This document shows, piece by piece, positions 1-12,970 of a stretch of 64,000 bases of DNA (its first letter is position 1; each line of letters begins with the position of its first letter). Position numbers and translations under genes: made by a program. Below the pieces are notes generated by a model. It made no database searches. It worked only from the letters and a program-made list of their open reading frames with translations, and was not told the origin of the DNA. Source of the DNA: Prorocentrum cordatum (lineage: Eukaryota). The stretch spans positions 1-64,000 of the forward strand of contig CAUYUJ010000141.1 of assembly GCA_963575745.1 (NCBI GenBank), given 5' to 3'.

Positions 1-28
1 TACACTACTATACTACTACTACTACTAT

Positions 29-76
<48 letters not shown>

Positions 77-77
77 G

Positions 78-110
<33 letters not shown>

Positions 111-150
111 GCTGCTACTGCTACTGCTACTGCTACTGCTACTACTTCTT
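1..150. repeat. (TAC)n/(TGC)n microsatellite
   Basis: Direct trinucleotide run from the window start. Confidence 0.95.
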
Positions 151-689
151 TTACTACCCTCTGAGGCGTCAGTCGCGCCCAGATGCACCAGGAGCGCCAG
201 AGGGAAGCTCATGGAAATACCGAGTAAAGTTGGTAGCCAGCATGGACACCAAACGTCAGGTTGTGGCCCCCTCGATGTGCAATAAGTGCTTTGGAAACTG
301 TGCCATGCATTCTGTGCATGGTGAAATATATACGTTGCAGGCGATGTGGTGAAAGATGCGGTGATGTTAGCGACGTTGGGCGGCCACGGGCGGCCACGGG
401 GCGGCAACCAAAGAAATCCTCGGGTTACCCACCCAATGTCTTGGTAAAACATAGATCAACAATCCTCATTGCAAGCACTGCTTGGGGAAACATCGAGCCC
501 GTTCCAAAACCAAAGTGAACCTCATCCCCAGACTCTGACTGTAGCAGCTTTCCCTTTCATCGGGCATGCTGGAGCGGTGCCTCCACGTGACCGGACACCT
601 CGCCAACCTGGAGGGGGGAGGGGCGGGCGGCGGGCAGCGGCAGGCGCCACGCGCGCCGGCCACGCTCAAGGGGGCGCCTCCTCCGTCGC

Positions 690-1025
690 AGTCCCGCCCA
701 CTCCCTCCTTCGCCCCCTCCCCCTCCTCCTCAAAATCTTCCGCCTCGTCCGCCTCAAGGGGCTTCTCCCCCTGAAAATCTTCCGCCTCGTCCGCCTCCTC
801 CACCGCCTCCTCGCCCCCCTCCTCCCCCTCCTCCTCTTCATCCTCCTCCTCCTCCTCCTCCTCCTCCTCCTCCGCCGCATCCCCCCCCTCCTCCGCCTCC
901 TCTTCCTCTTCCCCGACCCTCCTCCTCCTCCTCCTCCTCCTCCTCCTCCTCCTCATCACCCTCTTTCTCCCACTCCTCCTCCTCCTCCTCCACCTCCTCA
1001 CCATCACCATCATCACCACCACCAC
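690..1025. repeat. (TCC)n pyrimidine-rich microsatellite
   Basis: Degenerate CCT/TCC run ending in CAT/CAC units. Confidence 0.9.
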
Positions 1026-1029
1026 GACC

Positions 1030-1495
1030 AGGCGGGTCGAGCGGGAGGACACTAACGGGCGGGTCGGGGGCGGGCCCAGACGGCCTGGCCGAGCGGGCGG
1101 GTCGCTGAAGCGCCAATCCAACATGATTCGAAAGAAGTTCTGAGTGATTGAGCGATTCCAGAGTACATCGCGAGGAGATACACAGCGAGAGCGTGATTGC
1201 TGAGTGTCGAGGCACGGCGTTTGCATAAATTGCGAAAGTACCACTCAAGGGCGCGATTCCTGGACAACTTCTAAGGAAGTCACGCGCGAGAGCGCGATTT
1301 TGAGTGAATTGCGAAGGAATATCAAGTGGGAGCCGCTGATGCTGTAAAGCGGGAGTCAGCAACCCAATCTGAGGCGCAAAATCTCACATTGGTAAAGATA
1401 TGGTGCAAAGCCCCTGGAGGAGCACTCTAATTGAAAAGTGCCATGGGCACTGGAGGGGATAGACCTACGAAAAAAAGCTTTGGAATCAAGATCTC
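1030..1495. repeat. Dispersed repeat family A, partial diverged copy
   Basis: Shares gagcgggcgggtcgctgaagcg, gcgagagcgtgatt and the caattgaaaa end motif with 1655-2400, 4280-5010 and 7090-7725; followed by (AAC)n. Confidence 0.7.
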
Positions 1496-1536
<41 letters not shown>

Positions 1537-1598
1537 CCACCACCACCACCACCACCAACCAAACAAACAAACTAACTAACTAACTAACTAACTAACTT

Positions 1599-1640
<42 letters not shown>

Positions 1641-1645
1641 CAAGA
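1496..1645. repeat. (AAC)n-(CAC)n-(AACT)n compound microsatellite
   Basis: Direct. Confidence 0.95.
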
Positions 1646-1654
1646 AACAAACAC

Positions 1655-2640
1655 CATGTTAAGACTGTTCGCTCCGATCTGCTCGCGTGCCAATCAAAAC
1701 GTATATCCCCAACCCTCGGTACCCGCCCTCGTCGTCTTCGATAGTACCCCCTTGGGGGTATACCTTCCTTACCTGCCACGTGCATTTAGTGCAGCCACTA
1801 AAACAAGGGAAGAGAGGACGGGTGGAAGGGGAGGGAGAAGAATGGAGCACGAGAGAAATTAGCAGGAGGGGGGCAAGGAGCAGAAAACAAGTGGTAGAAC
1901 CAGACGGGCACATCGGGTGGGCAGACCCATAGCGGGCAGATCGGGAAGGCGGGCCCACGCGACCAGGTCGAGCAGGCGGGTTACTGAAGCGTGGCTCCTG
2001 CATGAATCGCGAGGACGTCTCGAACGATAGCGCGATTCACAAGTAAATCGTGAGAAAAGCCACAGCGAGAGCGTGATTCCTAAGCGCCGAGGGCCCATCG
2101 TTTGAACAAACTCCGAGGAAGTCCCACGCAAGAGCGCGATGCGTATACAACTTGTGAGGAAGCCCCGCGCGAAAGCGCGATGTGCAAATAAATTGCGAGG
2201 AAGAATCCGGCAGGAGCCGTTGTTGCTATTGTTGTAAGCCGTGGGTTAGGGGCCAAGTTTGAGCCCCGTGACTTCCCCTGCTAGAAAATTAAATTACAAG
2301 CCTTGGAGGACGCACTTCAATTGAAAAAAACAATGGCCACCGCAGGGGGGGATCATCCATACTTTTTTCTTCAATAATGAAATCAACAGCAACAATAACG
2401 ACGACAACAACAATGGCACCCGAGAAAAACCCAAACATAATATGTTTCCCCACATGTTTCGTGGGGTTTGGGTTTTCTTCCCACCCGCGTCGAACCCGCG
2501 TTTTTTTGTTCACTTCCTCCTCCCCGTTTCCTCGTCCTTCCTCCCCTCATCCCCGTGTAACACACGCACGGCACGTGCATGAGAAACGCGTCTACATACA
2601 GCCGCACGCATGCACAGGGGGATGCGCCGGGGGTGGGGTC
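1655..2640. repeat. Family A copy plus downstream block; ~1 kb direct repeat of 4280-5330
   Basis: Near-colinear with 4280-5330, e.g. ctcggtacccgccctcgtcgtcttcgat, gcagaaaacaagtggtagaaccagacgggcacatcggg and ggggtttgggttttcttcccacccgcgtcgaacccgcg. Confidence 0.9.
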
Positions 2641-3490
2641 GCTATCCGTCGTACGCTTACAAAACGTGGCAGGCGCGCAGCTTATCGAATCCACCGGGGC
2701 TGTGCAGGGGGTGGGGTCGCTATCCGTCCAAATTACGCTCGAAAACCGTGGCAGGCGTGGCATTTTCCCGATGCCGCGGGGGTTGCGCTGGGGGTTGGGG
2801 CCGTGATCCGTCGTGCGCTCGCAAAGCGTGGCGCGCGTGGCGTTTTCTCGATGCCAGGGATGGGGTGCGCTGGGCGTGGGGTCGCTATCCGTCGTACGCT
2901 CGCAAAGCGTGGCAGACCACAGAAGGGTGCGCACGGGGGTGGGGTCGCTATCCGCCGCACGCATGCAAAGCGTGGCAGGCGCGGTATTTTCTCAAGAGCA
3001 CAAGGGGTGCGTTGCGGCTGGGGTCGCTATCCGTCGTACTCATGCAAAGCGTGGCAGGCGTGCAGTTTCTCGATTCCACCAGGGGTGCGTGGGGTCGCTA
3101 TACGTCGCACGCTCGCACAGCGTGTCAGGCGTTGATGTTTCTCGATGCCACAAGGGGGATGCGCGGGGGGGGGGTCGCTATCCGTCGTACGCTCGCAAAG
3201 CGTGGCAGGCGCGCAGTTTATCGGCACCACAGAGGGGTGCGCTGGGGGGTGGGGTGGCTATCCGCCGCACCCATGCAAAACGTGGCAGGCGTGGCAATGT
3301 CTCGGCAGCACAGAGGGGCGCGCACGGTGGGTATGCGTCGCACGCTCGCAAAGCTCAGCAGGCGTGGCAGGCGTGGCATTCGCTCGATTCCGGACGGCGT
3401 GCGCAGGGGGTGGGGTCGCTGGTCGTTGCATTGGCGCACAGCGTCACCGGCGTGGCAGTTTCTCGACACCAGAAGGTGCGCGCTCGCACG
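2600..3490. repeat. Tandem minisatellite, ~80 bp unit (ggggtcgctatccgtcgtacgctcgcaaagcgtggcaggcg)
   Basis: Motif recurs at about 2635, 2714, 2797, 2877, 2941, 3021, 3091, 3171 and 3251. Confidence 0.9.
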
Positions 3491-3546
3491 CTCGACGCTT
3501 GCCATCAGTTGCATCCAGAACTGCACGCATGGGTAACAGGGAACAC

Positions 3547-3800
3547 CTGGGCTCATTCCGACTCGGCACGCTAGGGTTTTCACGCGGGTGAGCCAGGACT
3601 CCCAATCGGAGGCAGCAAGCGCCCCCGCGCTGTGAGCTTCAGTCATGCCGCCTAAAACTGCCATGGACGCATTGCCTCCCCCACGGCACGGCATGTCAGG
3701 CCCCCAAGGCTTGAACCGCGCCGCCTTCGATGTCAGCGAAGCAACGGCCACGAGCAACATGCTCGCAAGTTCCACGTCAGCTACCATCACGCAAGACACA
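3547..3800 (-). CDS. Putative exon of unknown protein (…VADVELASMLLVAVASLTSKAARFKPW…SDWESWLTRVKTLACRVGMSP)
   Basis: Unique, non-repetitive open frame between two tandem arrays, ending at a CAG|GT donor at 3547. Confidence 0.4.
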
Positions 3801-3832
3801 TGATAAGTATGTGGGGTTCCTCGGTAGCGTAA

Positions 3833-4190
3833 TTAGGGCTATAGGGCTATGAGGCTATAGGGCTTTAGGGCTATAGGGCTATGGGGCAATAGGGCTATAG
3901 GGCTGAAGGGCTATAAGGCTATAGGGCTATAGGGCTATAGGACTATGGGACTATAAGGCTATAAGGCTATAGGGCTCTAGGGCTACAGGGCTATTGAGCT
4001 ATAGGGCTGTAGGGCTATTAGGGCTGTAGGGCTACCGGGCTGTCGGGCTGTAGGGCTATAGGGCTATAGGGCTGTAGGGCTATAGGGCTATAGGTCTATA
4101 GGACTATAGGTCTACCGGGCACCCGGGCACCCATGCACTCGGGCACTCGGGCACCCTGGGCACCCGGGCACCCGGGCAACCGGGAACCTG
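3833..4190. repeat. (TAGGGCTA)n telomere-like 8-mer repeat grading into (CCGGGCA)n
   Basis: Direct; regular GGG tracts on the + strand. Confidence 0.9.
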
Positions 4191-4279
4191 GGCGTGCCGC
4201 CGAAATCAGCGCCGCACCTCGCCTAACCAGATGAATCCGCTGGGACTCCTACAGAGGCAAGCTCTGATTTGGGAACAGC

Positions 4280-5330
4280 GACAATCATTTTAAGACTGTT
4301 AGCTCCTATCTGCTCACGTCCCAATCAATACGTATATCTCGAAACCTCGGTACCCGCCCTCGTCGTCTTCGATCGTACCCCCTTGGGGGTATATCTTCCT
4401 TACCTGCCACGTGCATTTAGTGCAGCCCCTAAAGCAAGGGAAGAGAGGACGTGCGGAAAGGGGAGGGAGAAGAATGGAGCACGAGAGAAATTAGCAGGAG
4501 GGGGGCAAGGAGCAGAAAACAAGTGGTAGAACCAGACGGGCACATCGGGTGGGCAGACCCACAGCGGGCAGGTAGGGAAGGCGGGCCCACGCGACCAGGT
4601 CAAGCAGGCGGGTTGCTGAAGCGTGGGTCCTGCATGAATCGCGAGGAAGTCTCGAACGATAGCACGATTCCCAACCAAATCGTGAGAAAAGCCAAAGCGA
4701 GAGCATAATTCCTGAGCGCCGAGGGCGCATCGTCTGGATAAATTGCGAGGAGGTCCCACGCAAGAGCACGATGCGTACATGAATTGTGAGGACGTCCCGT
4801 GCGAGAGCGCGATTTGGAAATAAACTGTGAGGACATATCAGGCGGGAGCCGCTGTTGTTGTAACTGGGGGCCAGGGGCCAAGCTTGAGCCCCGTGACTTC
4901 CCCTGCTCAAAAATAAGGTACAAGCCCCGGAGGACGCACTTCAATTGAAAAAATACAATGGCAACCGGAGGGGAGGGATCAACAATACTTTTTTCTTCAA
5001 TAATGAAATCAACAACAGCAACAAGGACGACGACGACGACGACGACGACGACAACGACAACAGCAGCAGCAGCAACAACAACAATGATACCCGATAAAAA
5101 CCCAAAGATCTGATTTTTCCCCAGATGTTTCGTGGGGTTTGGGTTTTCTTCCCACCCGCGTCGAACCCGCGTTCTTTTTCACCTCCTCCTCCCCTTTTCC
5201 TCGTCTCTCCGCCCCTCATCCCCGTGTAACACTCGCACGGCACGTACATGAGAAACGCGTCTACATACAGCCACACGCAAGCACAGGGTGGGCGTGCGTT
5301 GGGGTGGGCTCGTTATCCGTCGTACGCCCC
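4280..5330. repeat. Family A copy plus downstream block; direct repeat of 1655-2640
   Basis: See 1655-2640; begins acaatcattttaagactg. Confidence 0.9.
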
Positions 5331-5454
5331 GTGACTTTCCGTGCTGAAAAACAAGGTGCTAGCCCCGAGGGAAGCATTTCAGTTTGAAACAACACTATGA
5401 TCACCGCAGGGGGGATCAACAGTAATTGTTCGTCACTAGTGAGAGTTCAACAAT

Positions 5455-5554
5455 TTCAACAACAACAACAACAACAATCACAACCACCACCACCACCACC
5501 ACCACAACAACAACAACCACAACAACAACATCATCATCATCATCAACAACAACA

Positions 5555-5641
<87 letters not shown>

Positions 5642-5730
5642 AAACATCAACAACAACAACAACAACAACCACAACAACAACAACAACAACAACAGCATCG
5701 TCATCATCATCGACAACAACAACAACTTCT

Positions 5731-5780
<50 letters not shown>

Positions 5781-5788
5781 AACAACAA
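5455..5788. repeat. (AAC)n microsatellite
   Basis: Direct. Confidence 0.95.
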
Positions 5789-6944
5789 TCATTTTACCCG
5801 AACGCTCAGTGTTCTCACCAGTGCCAGGGTTTTCATGCGACGCGAGACAATACCCCCACTTCGTGGGGGGGCAGTTCAAGCTCTACCAAATATCCAAACG
5901 ACTCTTCGCGACCACCCAAACCCAGCTTCCCGCCCTATGACGTTGGGACACTTCACTTCGTGGCGTGCGGACGACCGTGGCTACTACACTGGCGTGGGGT
6001 ACACACCCACAGAACTTGGTCACTTATTCGGGGCGCGCGTGTGCCCAGCATCCTGCAATTGTGACATACAATACATGACACAGACAGACAGAGAGAGAGA
6101 CAGAGAGCAGACAGAGAGAGAGACAGAGAGAGCGGAGTTGGTCACATTTTTGGGGCAAGTTCCTGAGATCGTCGTGTTTTTTGTTGGTCTTGCGCGCGCG
6201 AATGTCCACTTTACTTTTTTTTGCAAGGGAGTATTGAAATTTGATTATGTTAGAACAAGAAAAAGTAGCTCGCGCGAGCTCATGTAACATAAATGTTGAC
6301 AAACCATTGGTTTCGTGGGAGTCGGACAGCGCGCGCGGGATGAAATTTGGACATTTTTTTTTGAAAAACCATTGGGTTTTTGATGTTTTTATGTTGAAAT
6401 CGCTACGAAACCTAAGGTTCTGGAAGGATTTCGTCTTGCGCGCGCGAATGTCCACTTTACCTTATTTTTTGCAAGGGATTATTGAAATTTGATTATGTTA
6501 GAACAAGAAAAAGTAGCTCGCGCGAGCTCATGTAACATAAATGTTGAAAAACCATTGGTTTTGTGGGATTCGGACAGCGCGCGCGGAAGGACATTTTGAC
6601 AATTTTTTCTTAAAAAACCATTGGGTTTTTGATGTTTTTATGTTAAAATCGTTACGAAACCTAAGGTTTTGGAAGGATTTCGTCTTGCGCGCACGAATGT
6701 CCACTTTACCTTATTTTTTGCAAGGGATTCTTGCAATTTGATCAAGTAAGAACAAGAATTTTCATTTTATAGTGTTTTTTGCAAGGGAAAACGGATTACA
6801 ACAAAACAACCGGATCCGGACACAATCCACTTTTCTGAAGCTTTCGCTAGAAAATGAAGGAAATGAGGCTGCGGCCTAGGTTTTGGAGGGGGGTCGCGCA
6901 CCAGGGGTCTCAACAATAATATTTCTTTAGAAGTAATAATGTTC
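5789..6944. mobile_element. Family B element embedded in (AAC)n, with internal ~240 bp tandem repeats
   Basis: Same two ends as 32770-33536 (aacaa|tcattttacccgaacg ... aataatgttc|aacaac). The unit cgtcttgcgcgcgcgaatgtccactttac repeats at about 6190, 6430 and 6680. Confidence 0.7.
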
Positions 6945-6992
<48 letters not shown>

Positions 6993-7012
6993 AACAACAA
7001 CACCAACGACAA

Positions 7013-7043
<31 letters not shown>

Positions 7044-7089
7044 AACAATAAGACCATGACCAAGAACGAGAACAATAGCAATAAGAAAA

Positions 7090-7725
7090 ATGACCATGTG
7101 TCTAAGTTTGCTCGCTCCCAACTGCTCGCGTGCCATTCAACACGCATATCCCAAACCCTCGGTCACCCGCCCTCTTCGTATTCGATCGTACCCACTTCGC
7201 GCAGTCCTGAAAGCAGAGGAAAAGAGAACAGATGGAAGTGGGAGAAAGAAGGATGGAGCACGAGAGAACCTAGCAGGAGAGGGACTCGGAGCAGAAAACA
7301 TGTGGTAGAACCAGAAGGGCAGATCGGGCGGGCAGACCCGAGCGGGCGGGTCGGGAAGGCAGGCCCTGGCGGCCAGGTCGAGCAGGCGAGTTGCTGAAGC
7401 ATGAATCCTGCAGGAGTCGCGAAGAAGTCTCGAGCGATAGCGCGATTCCCAAGTAAATCGTGAGAAAAGCCAGGGCGAGAGCGTGATTCCTGAGTGTCGA
7501 GGGCGCTGTGTCTCAAAAAAATTGCAGGGAGTCCCACGCGAGAGCGTGATTTTGGAATACATTGCAGGGAAATATCTGGCGGGAGCCTTTGTTGTTGTAA
7601 GTCCGAAGGCCAGACGCGCATTTTGACCACGAAAACTCCCCCTGTTACAAAACAGGGTGCGAGCCCCGAGGGGAGCAATTCAATTGAAAAAACACAATGT
7701 GCACCAGTGGGGGGGCTCAACAACA
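7090..7725. repeat. Family A diverged copy
   Basis: Homologous to 1655-2350; preceded by (AAC)n at 6945-7060. Confidence 0.75.
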
Positions 7726-7799
7726 ATCATTTTCAGACTGTTCGCTCTTCCCTGCTCGCGTGCCATAAAACATGTATATCCCAAGTCCTCGATACCCGC

Positions 7800-8135
7800 C
7801 CCTTTCGTCTCCGCTCGTACCCCCGAACGGCCCACGAGGCGCTCAAGAGCGCCCAAGAGGGCCCCAAGACGGCCCCAAGAGAGGCCCATGAGGGGGAACA
7901 AGAATCGACAGTTCGAGCCTTCCGCCCCACGAGGCCCTCAGAGGCCCCCAAGAGAGCCCAAAAGGCCCCACGAGGCCCCCAAGAGGCCGAAAAAGAGGCA
8001 CCCAACGACCCCCAAGAGACCTCTAAACTACCTCCAGGAGGCCCCCGAAGAGGCCTCCCACGATATCCAAACGAACATCCAAGAGGCCTCACCCACAACC
8101 CAGGCACCGTGGCGGGACTGGCCGAAGGCCACTAT
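7800..8135 (+). mobile_element. 'ccccaagaggcc' repeat element with Helitron-like 3' end
   Basis: Ends cacaacccaggcaccgtggcgggactGGCCgaaGGCCactat; the same terminus occurs at 9060-9101. Confidence 0.5.
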
Positions 8136-8539
8136 ACATCCGCAGGTCCCTTTTTTGTTCGGGCCACCAGGCTGCAGGGCGAAGTTGCTGCTCCCTGCAC
8201 CAGTTGCAGTTCCAAGTCTCAAATGTTACAGTCCTGCTTCCCGTCTCCTACTGTAAATTGTTGAACTCCGCGCGAGGAGGGGGAGCCCCAAACCAGTAAT
8301 TTACCACACCGGGATCGCATTCTCTGAATTCATGGGGGGCGTGGGACACGTGCAAATACATGAGATTCACGCCCCCGAGATCATGACCCCTTTGTAAATT
8401 ATGCAAGATGCGTCCCCGAGGCATCAAACCCTGATAAGTTATACAATGTTCGCGTCCCCGAAGCCATGTCATTTATAATTTGCACAATAGTCGCGTCCCC
8501 GAGGCCAGAAACCCTCGCAAGTTACGCCATATGCGCACT

Positions 8540-9101
8540 GTCGATGCCAAGAATGCTCCAAAGCGCCCGAAGATGGCTCCAAGACGGCCCAAGAGGGCCC
8601 CAAGAGGCCCCAAGAGCGCTCCAAGAGGCCTCCCGAGATTGCCCCAAGAGGCCAAAATCGTCGATGCTGCGAAGGTTTTTGAAGGAGTTTGGCCTTCTCG
8701 CATGTTCGACTTTCCGACGCTCCAAGACGGCTCAAGAAGCTCCCAAGACCACCCCAAGACAGCCCAAGACACATCCAAGAGGGCCCCAAGACGGCCCAAG
8801 AGGGCTCCAGGATGGCCCAAGAAGCGGTCCGAGAAGCCCCGAGAAGCCCCCAGGAGGCCCCAAGAGGCCGCCAAGAGGCCCCAAGAGGCCCCAAGAGGCG
8901 CCCAAGACTCGCCCAAGGGGCCTCCAAGAGGCCTCCAAGAGGCCCGACGGATCCCCCCCGAGGCCCCAAGAGACCCCCAAAAGGCGCCCAAACCGCTTCC
9001 AAGAGGCCCCCGAGAGGCTCCCCACGACACCCCAACACATATACAAGAGGCCTCAGACCCACAACCCAGGCACGGTGGCGGGATGGGCTGAAGGCCACTA
9101 G
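8540..9101 (+). mobile_element. 'ccccaagaggcc' repeat element with Helitron-like 3' end (hairpin + CTAG)
   Basis: Ends cacaacccaggcacggtggcgggatgggctgaaggccaCTAG. Related bodies at about 15840-16190, 16630-16700, 17690-18050, 25120-25670, 26750-27130 and 34050-34680. Confidence 0.55.
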
Positions 9102-9269
9102 AATAACGCAAACGTTTCAATATGCGCTGCTGGTTCCCATCCGCACCCGCATGATGTTCCCGAATGCGCCAAGGCAGTGCCGAGACGCACCGACGCTACT
9201 CAGATATATCCCATGATGATGGAAGGGGCCGGCGGCAAGGGGGGAAGCCCTTACGGATATCTACGCATA

Positions 9270-10216
9270 TATGTACATGCATGCATACATACATACATCG
9301 ATGGGGGTGCGTGTGTATGTATATATGCATATGGGTGTGTATGCTTCTATGTATATAAGTATGGTTGACTGTGTGAATATATGTCTGTATGTGTATGTAT
9401 GTACGTATACACGCATGTACGTACGTATGTATGTGTGTACGTATGTATGTATGTATGTATGTATGTATGTATGTATGGATGGATGGATGGATGGATGTGT
9501 ATGTATGTATGTGTATGTATGTGTGAATGTGTATGTATGTATGTATGTATGTATGTATGTATGTATGTGTGTATGTATGTATGTATGTATGTGTGTATGT
9601 ATGTATGTATGTATTCATGTGTGTATGTATGTATGTATGTATGTATGGGTATGCATGTTGTTTTGTGTGTATGCATGTATGTGTGACTGTATGTACGTGT
9701 GTATGTATGTGATGTATGCATGGATGGGTGTATGGATGTGTATGTGTATGTGCGTGCATGTATGAATGTGTGCATGCACGCATGTGTCCATGGTGTATGC
9801 ATGCATGTATGTGTGTGTGGTTGCATGCATATATGCGTGAATGGATGTATGCCTGTGAATGTGTTTGTATGCATGTGTGTGCATGTGTGTATGCATGTAT
9901 GTAGTATGTGTGTGCATGTATGTGTGCTTTTACGTGTCCATGCATGATGTATGTATGCATGTATGCGTATATGTATGTATACGTGGAAGCATGTATGGAT
10001 GTACGTATGTATGTAGATGTGTATCGTACGTATGCATGTGGGGTGCATGTATGTATGTATGTATGTACGTATGTATGTTTATATGTATGCGTAAATGCAT
10101 GTTTGTGTATGTATATATGGGATGTAGATGAACCGAGATGTATGTATGGAGCTATATATATACACATATAAATAGATAGATATATAGAGAAATATAGATA
10201 GATAGATAGATATATT

Positions 10217-10259
<43 letters not shown>

Positions 10260-10260
10260 G
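9270..10260. repeat. Degenerate (TATG)n/(TG)n then (GATA)n microsatellite
   Basis: Direct. Confidence 0.95.
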
Positions 10261-11393
10261 TGTGCATCCCTCCTCCACATTCTCCTATTTCTCCACATAC
10301 GAACGGTAAGAGAGACGATGGCAAGGGGCAGCGTCTGGGTCATCAACAGCATCACTTGTAATGTCGTCGCCTGTATGAAAACTGAAGCGGCTTCACGTCC
10401 AAAACGCGAAAACGCGGCCAAGGCCCAGGCCTTTACCGAGGCTCCAGTCGGAGGAGCTGGAGAGGCTGACTGAAGTCCGACCCTATGACGGTATAGCTCG
10501 AGAGGGGGCCGGAACAACCTCCGAGTGAGAGGGGAAGAGCCAAGGCCGAGGAGCAAGGAGGCAGCAGCGCCCGTGAAGGAGGGGAGGATAAGGAAGAGGG
10601 GAGGGGGGGAGAGGAGGGGAAGAGGAAAACCGAAGGGAGGAAGAAGAAGAGGGGAGGAGGGGAGGAGGGGGGTAATGAGGAGGGGGAGGAAAGAGGGAGG
10701 GAAAGGGAGAGAGAAGAGGACGACGACGACGAGGAGACGACGACGACGACGACGACGACAAAGCGGCCGCCTGCTTAGTGACGTCTGCCACGGAGTCGGC
10801 CACCTTGCCGACCACGCCGTCCATGGACGGCAGCGGCGGGAAGGCCTTCGGGCGCTCGCCCGCAGGCAGGGGGGGGGCGGGATCACACCGCGCTCGGGGG
10901 CCCCCGGGCCAGCTGAAGCCCAGAGGAGCGCTCTGGGCCCGAACTTCTGCTCGTCGCGGACCTGGCGCTCGCACAGATCGGCCGGGCAGGCACGGGGCTG
11001 CCGTGCAACAGATGGGAAAGCTGCACGGATGGAGAGGTGGCTCCTTTCCAAAATGGGGGCGTCGTTTCACATTTCCTCGACCCGCATAACCAGATATGAG
11101 AAGCTGTGCAAGAGCTGCAAGAATGAGGCGGCCCTTTGTCAAAACCAAAATTTCGCAGGACGCCTCGTTGAACTTGCATGATCGTTCCATATGACTCGCT
11201 GGAAGGATGCAAGGCAGTTACTTCCATCTCTGGTTTTGCAAGGGGGCATGTGTGAAAGAGGAAAGGGAGTTTTTAGGGACTTGTGAAGAGGGGACTTGGA
11301 ACGAGAGGGTGTGTTGCAGCAGTATCGTTGAGACATCTTGGCCTTAATCGGGTGTTCTCCTCCTCCTCCTCCTCCTCCTCCTCCTCCTCCTCC

Positions 11394-11662
11394 GAGTGTG
11401 ATGGGAGCAAGTGAGGCCACCCATCCCCGAAGGCCTCTGAGGAGTCGGAGGGACAGCGAGGAAGAGTGGAGACTCCCAGGATTTCCAACGGGAGGGGGGG
11501 GGGACGAGGGAGGGGACCCGTGTCGTGGGAGTGTGATGGGAGCAAGTGAGGCCACCCATCCCCGAAGGCCTCTGAGGAGTCGGAGGGACAGCGAGGAAGA
11601 GTGGAGACTCCCAGGATTTCCAACGGGAGGGGGGGGGGACGAGGGAGGGGACCCGTGTCGTG
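11394..11662. repeat. Tandem duplication of a ~136 bp unit
   Basis: gagtgtgatgggagcaagtgaggccacc...ggggacccgtgtcgtggg is present twice back to back. Confidence 0.95.
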
Positions 11663-12759
11663 GGCCATCACCCCGCGGCGGCGCGACGACGGGGATGTGG
11701 GCGACGGGGGCCTCCTGAGTGAGGAGGCAGGGCGAGCGAGCGAGCGAGCCTGCGGCAAGACTCTGGCTCCCGCGAAGGCCACCGTGGCCCAGGAGGGCCT
11801 GGGGGGAGGCGCTGCTCGGAGTCGGACGGGGGTCGGGTGCCTCGGCGAGGCTTTCTCGGAGGCCTCGGCGAGGCTTTCTCGGAGGGCCACCCCCCTCGCT
11901 CCGCCCGATGCTGCGCGCCGCGAGAGGGGGAAGGTGACGGGGGGGGGCGGCCCAAGATGGAGGATCGGGGGGCGAGCGAGGAACGCAAGTGATCAAGAAA
12001 CTGGGGGGCAAGGTCGAGGACCGAGGGCAAGATCGAGGCTCGGGGAGGCGAGACGAGGGGCGAGACCCAGATCCCGCCCGGCGGGCCCGCGGGGCCTGGC
12101 GGGGCGAAGGAAGCTGCCTCCAGGGCGTAGTGGCCTCCGCGGAGCTCGCCTGGGGGCGCGCGCGGCATCGGGCGCCAGCCGCAGCGGGGCGGGTCCGCTC
12201 GGTTGCCTCCGCCCCGCAGGCCTCCTGCTCCTCCTCCTCCTCCTCCTCCTCCTCCTCCTCCTCCTCCTCCTCCTCCTCCTCCTCCCTCCCTCCTCCTCCC
12301 TCCTCCTCCTCCTCCTCCTCCTCTCCTCCTCCTCCTCCTCCTCCTCCTCCCTCCTCCTCCTCCTCCTCCTCCTCCTCCTCCTCCTCCTCCCTCCCTCCTC
12401 CTCCTCCTCCTCTCCCTCCTCCTCTCCTCCTCCTCCTCCCCCTCCTCCTCCTCCTCCCCCGCTCCCCGGCCGCCTCGGGAAGGAGCTCGGGCAGCAGTTC
12501 CCCGCCCGCCTCCCTCGCCTCTGGAGCCCTCGAAAGGTCTGCAGCTAGGAGGAGGGGGGGGGAGGGGGGGGGGGGGGGAGGAGGGGAGGGGGAAGGGGGG
12601 CGGGGCGGAGGGGGAAGGGGGGAGTGGGGAGAGGAGGAGGGGAGGGAGGGAGGAGGGGGAGAGTGGGGGTGGTAGGCGAGAGCAGTCAGTTCCATGCGGG
12701 TCGAAGGACGCGAGCGGTGACCCAAGCGGCCCCCGCGCACGGGGAGCCTCAATGGTGAC

Positions 12760-12970
12760 CTGCATCAGAATAAGGACATCCTCGGGCGGCTGTCTCTCTC
12801 TCTCTCCGGCGCTCCCGTCGAGGCCCTCCTCTCCGCTCTCATGTGCTGGCTCTTCCCCCCGCTTCTCGAGGCCTAGCTCGGCCTCGATACGCTCGCCCAG
12901 GTCCCTCTTGGATAAGGTGCGCAGTGGGGGCTGCAATGGCAACGTCGCCGTGGCCACCAGAGGATGCAGA
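12760..12970 (-). CDS. Putative exon of unknown protein (LHPLVATATLPLQPPLRTLSKRDLGERIEAELGLEK…EDVLILMQ)
   Basis: cctcAG acceptor at 12972-12971, CAG|GT donor at 12760, open frame and protein-like composition. Confidence 0.55.

Noticed and set aside
5789..6015. tRNA-derived SINE head or HDV-like ribozyme in the family B block
   Set aside because: Only isolated partial motifs are present; no cloverleaf or nested double pseudoknot could be built by eye.
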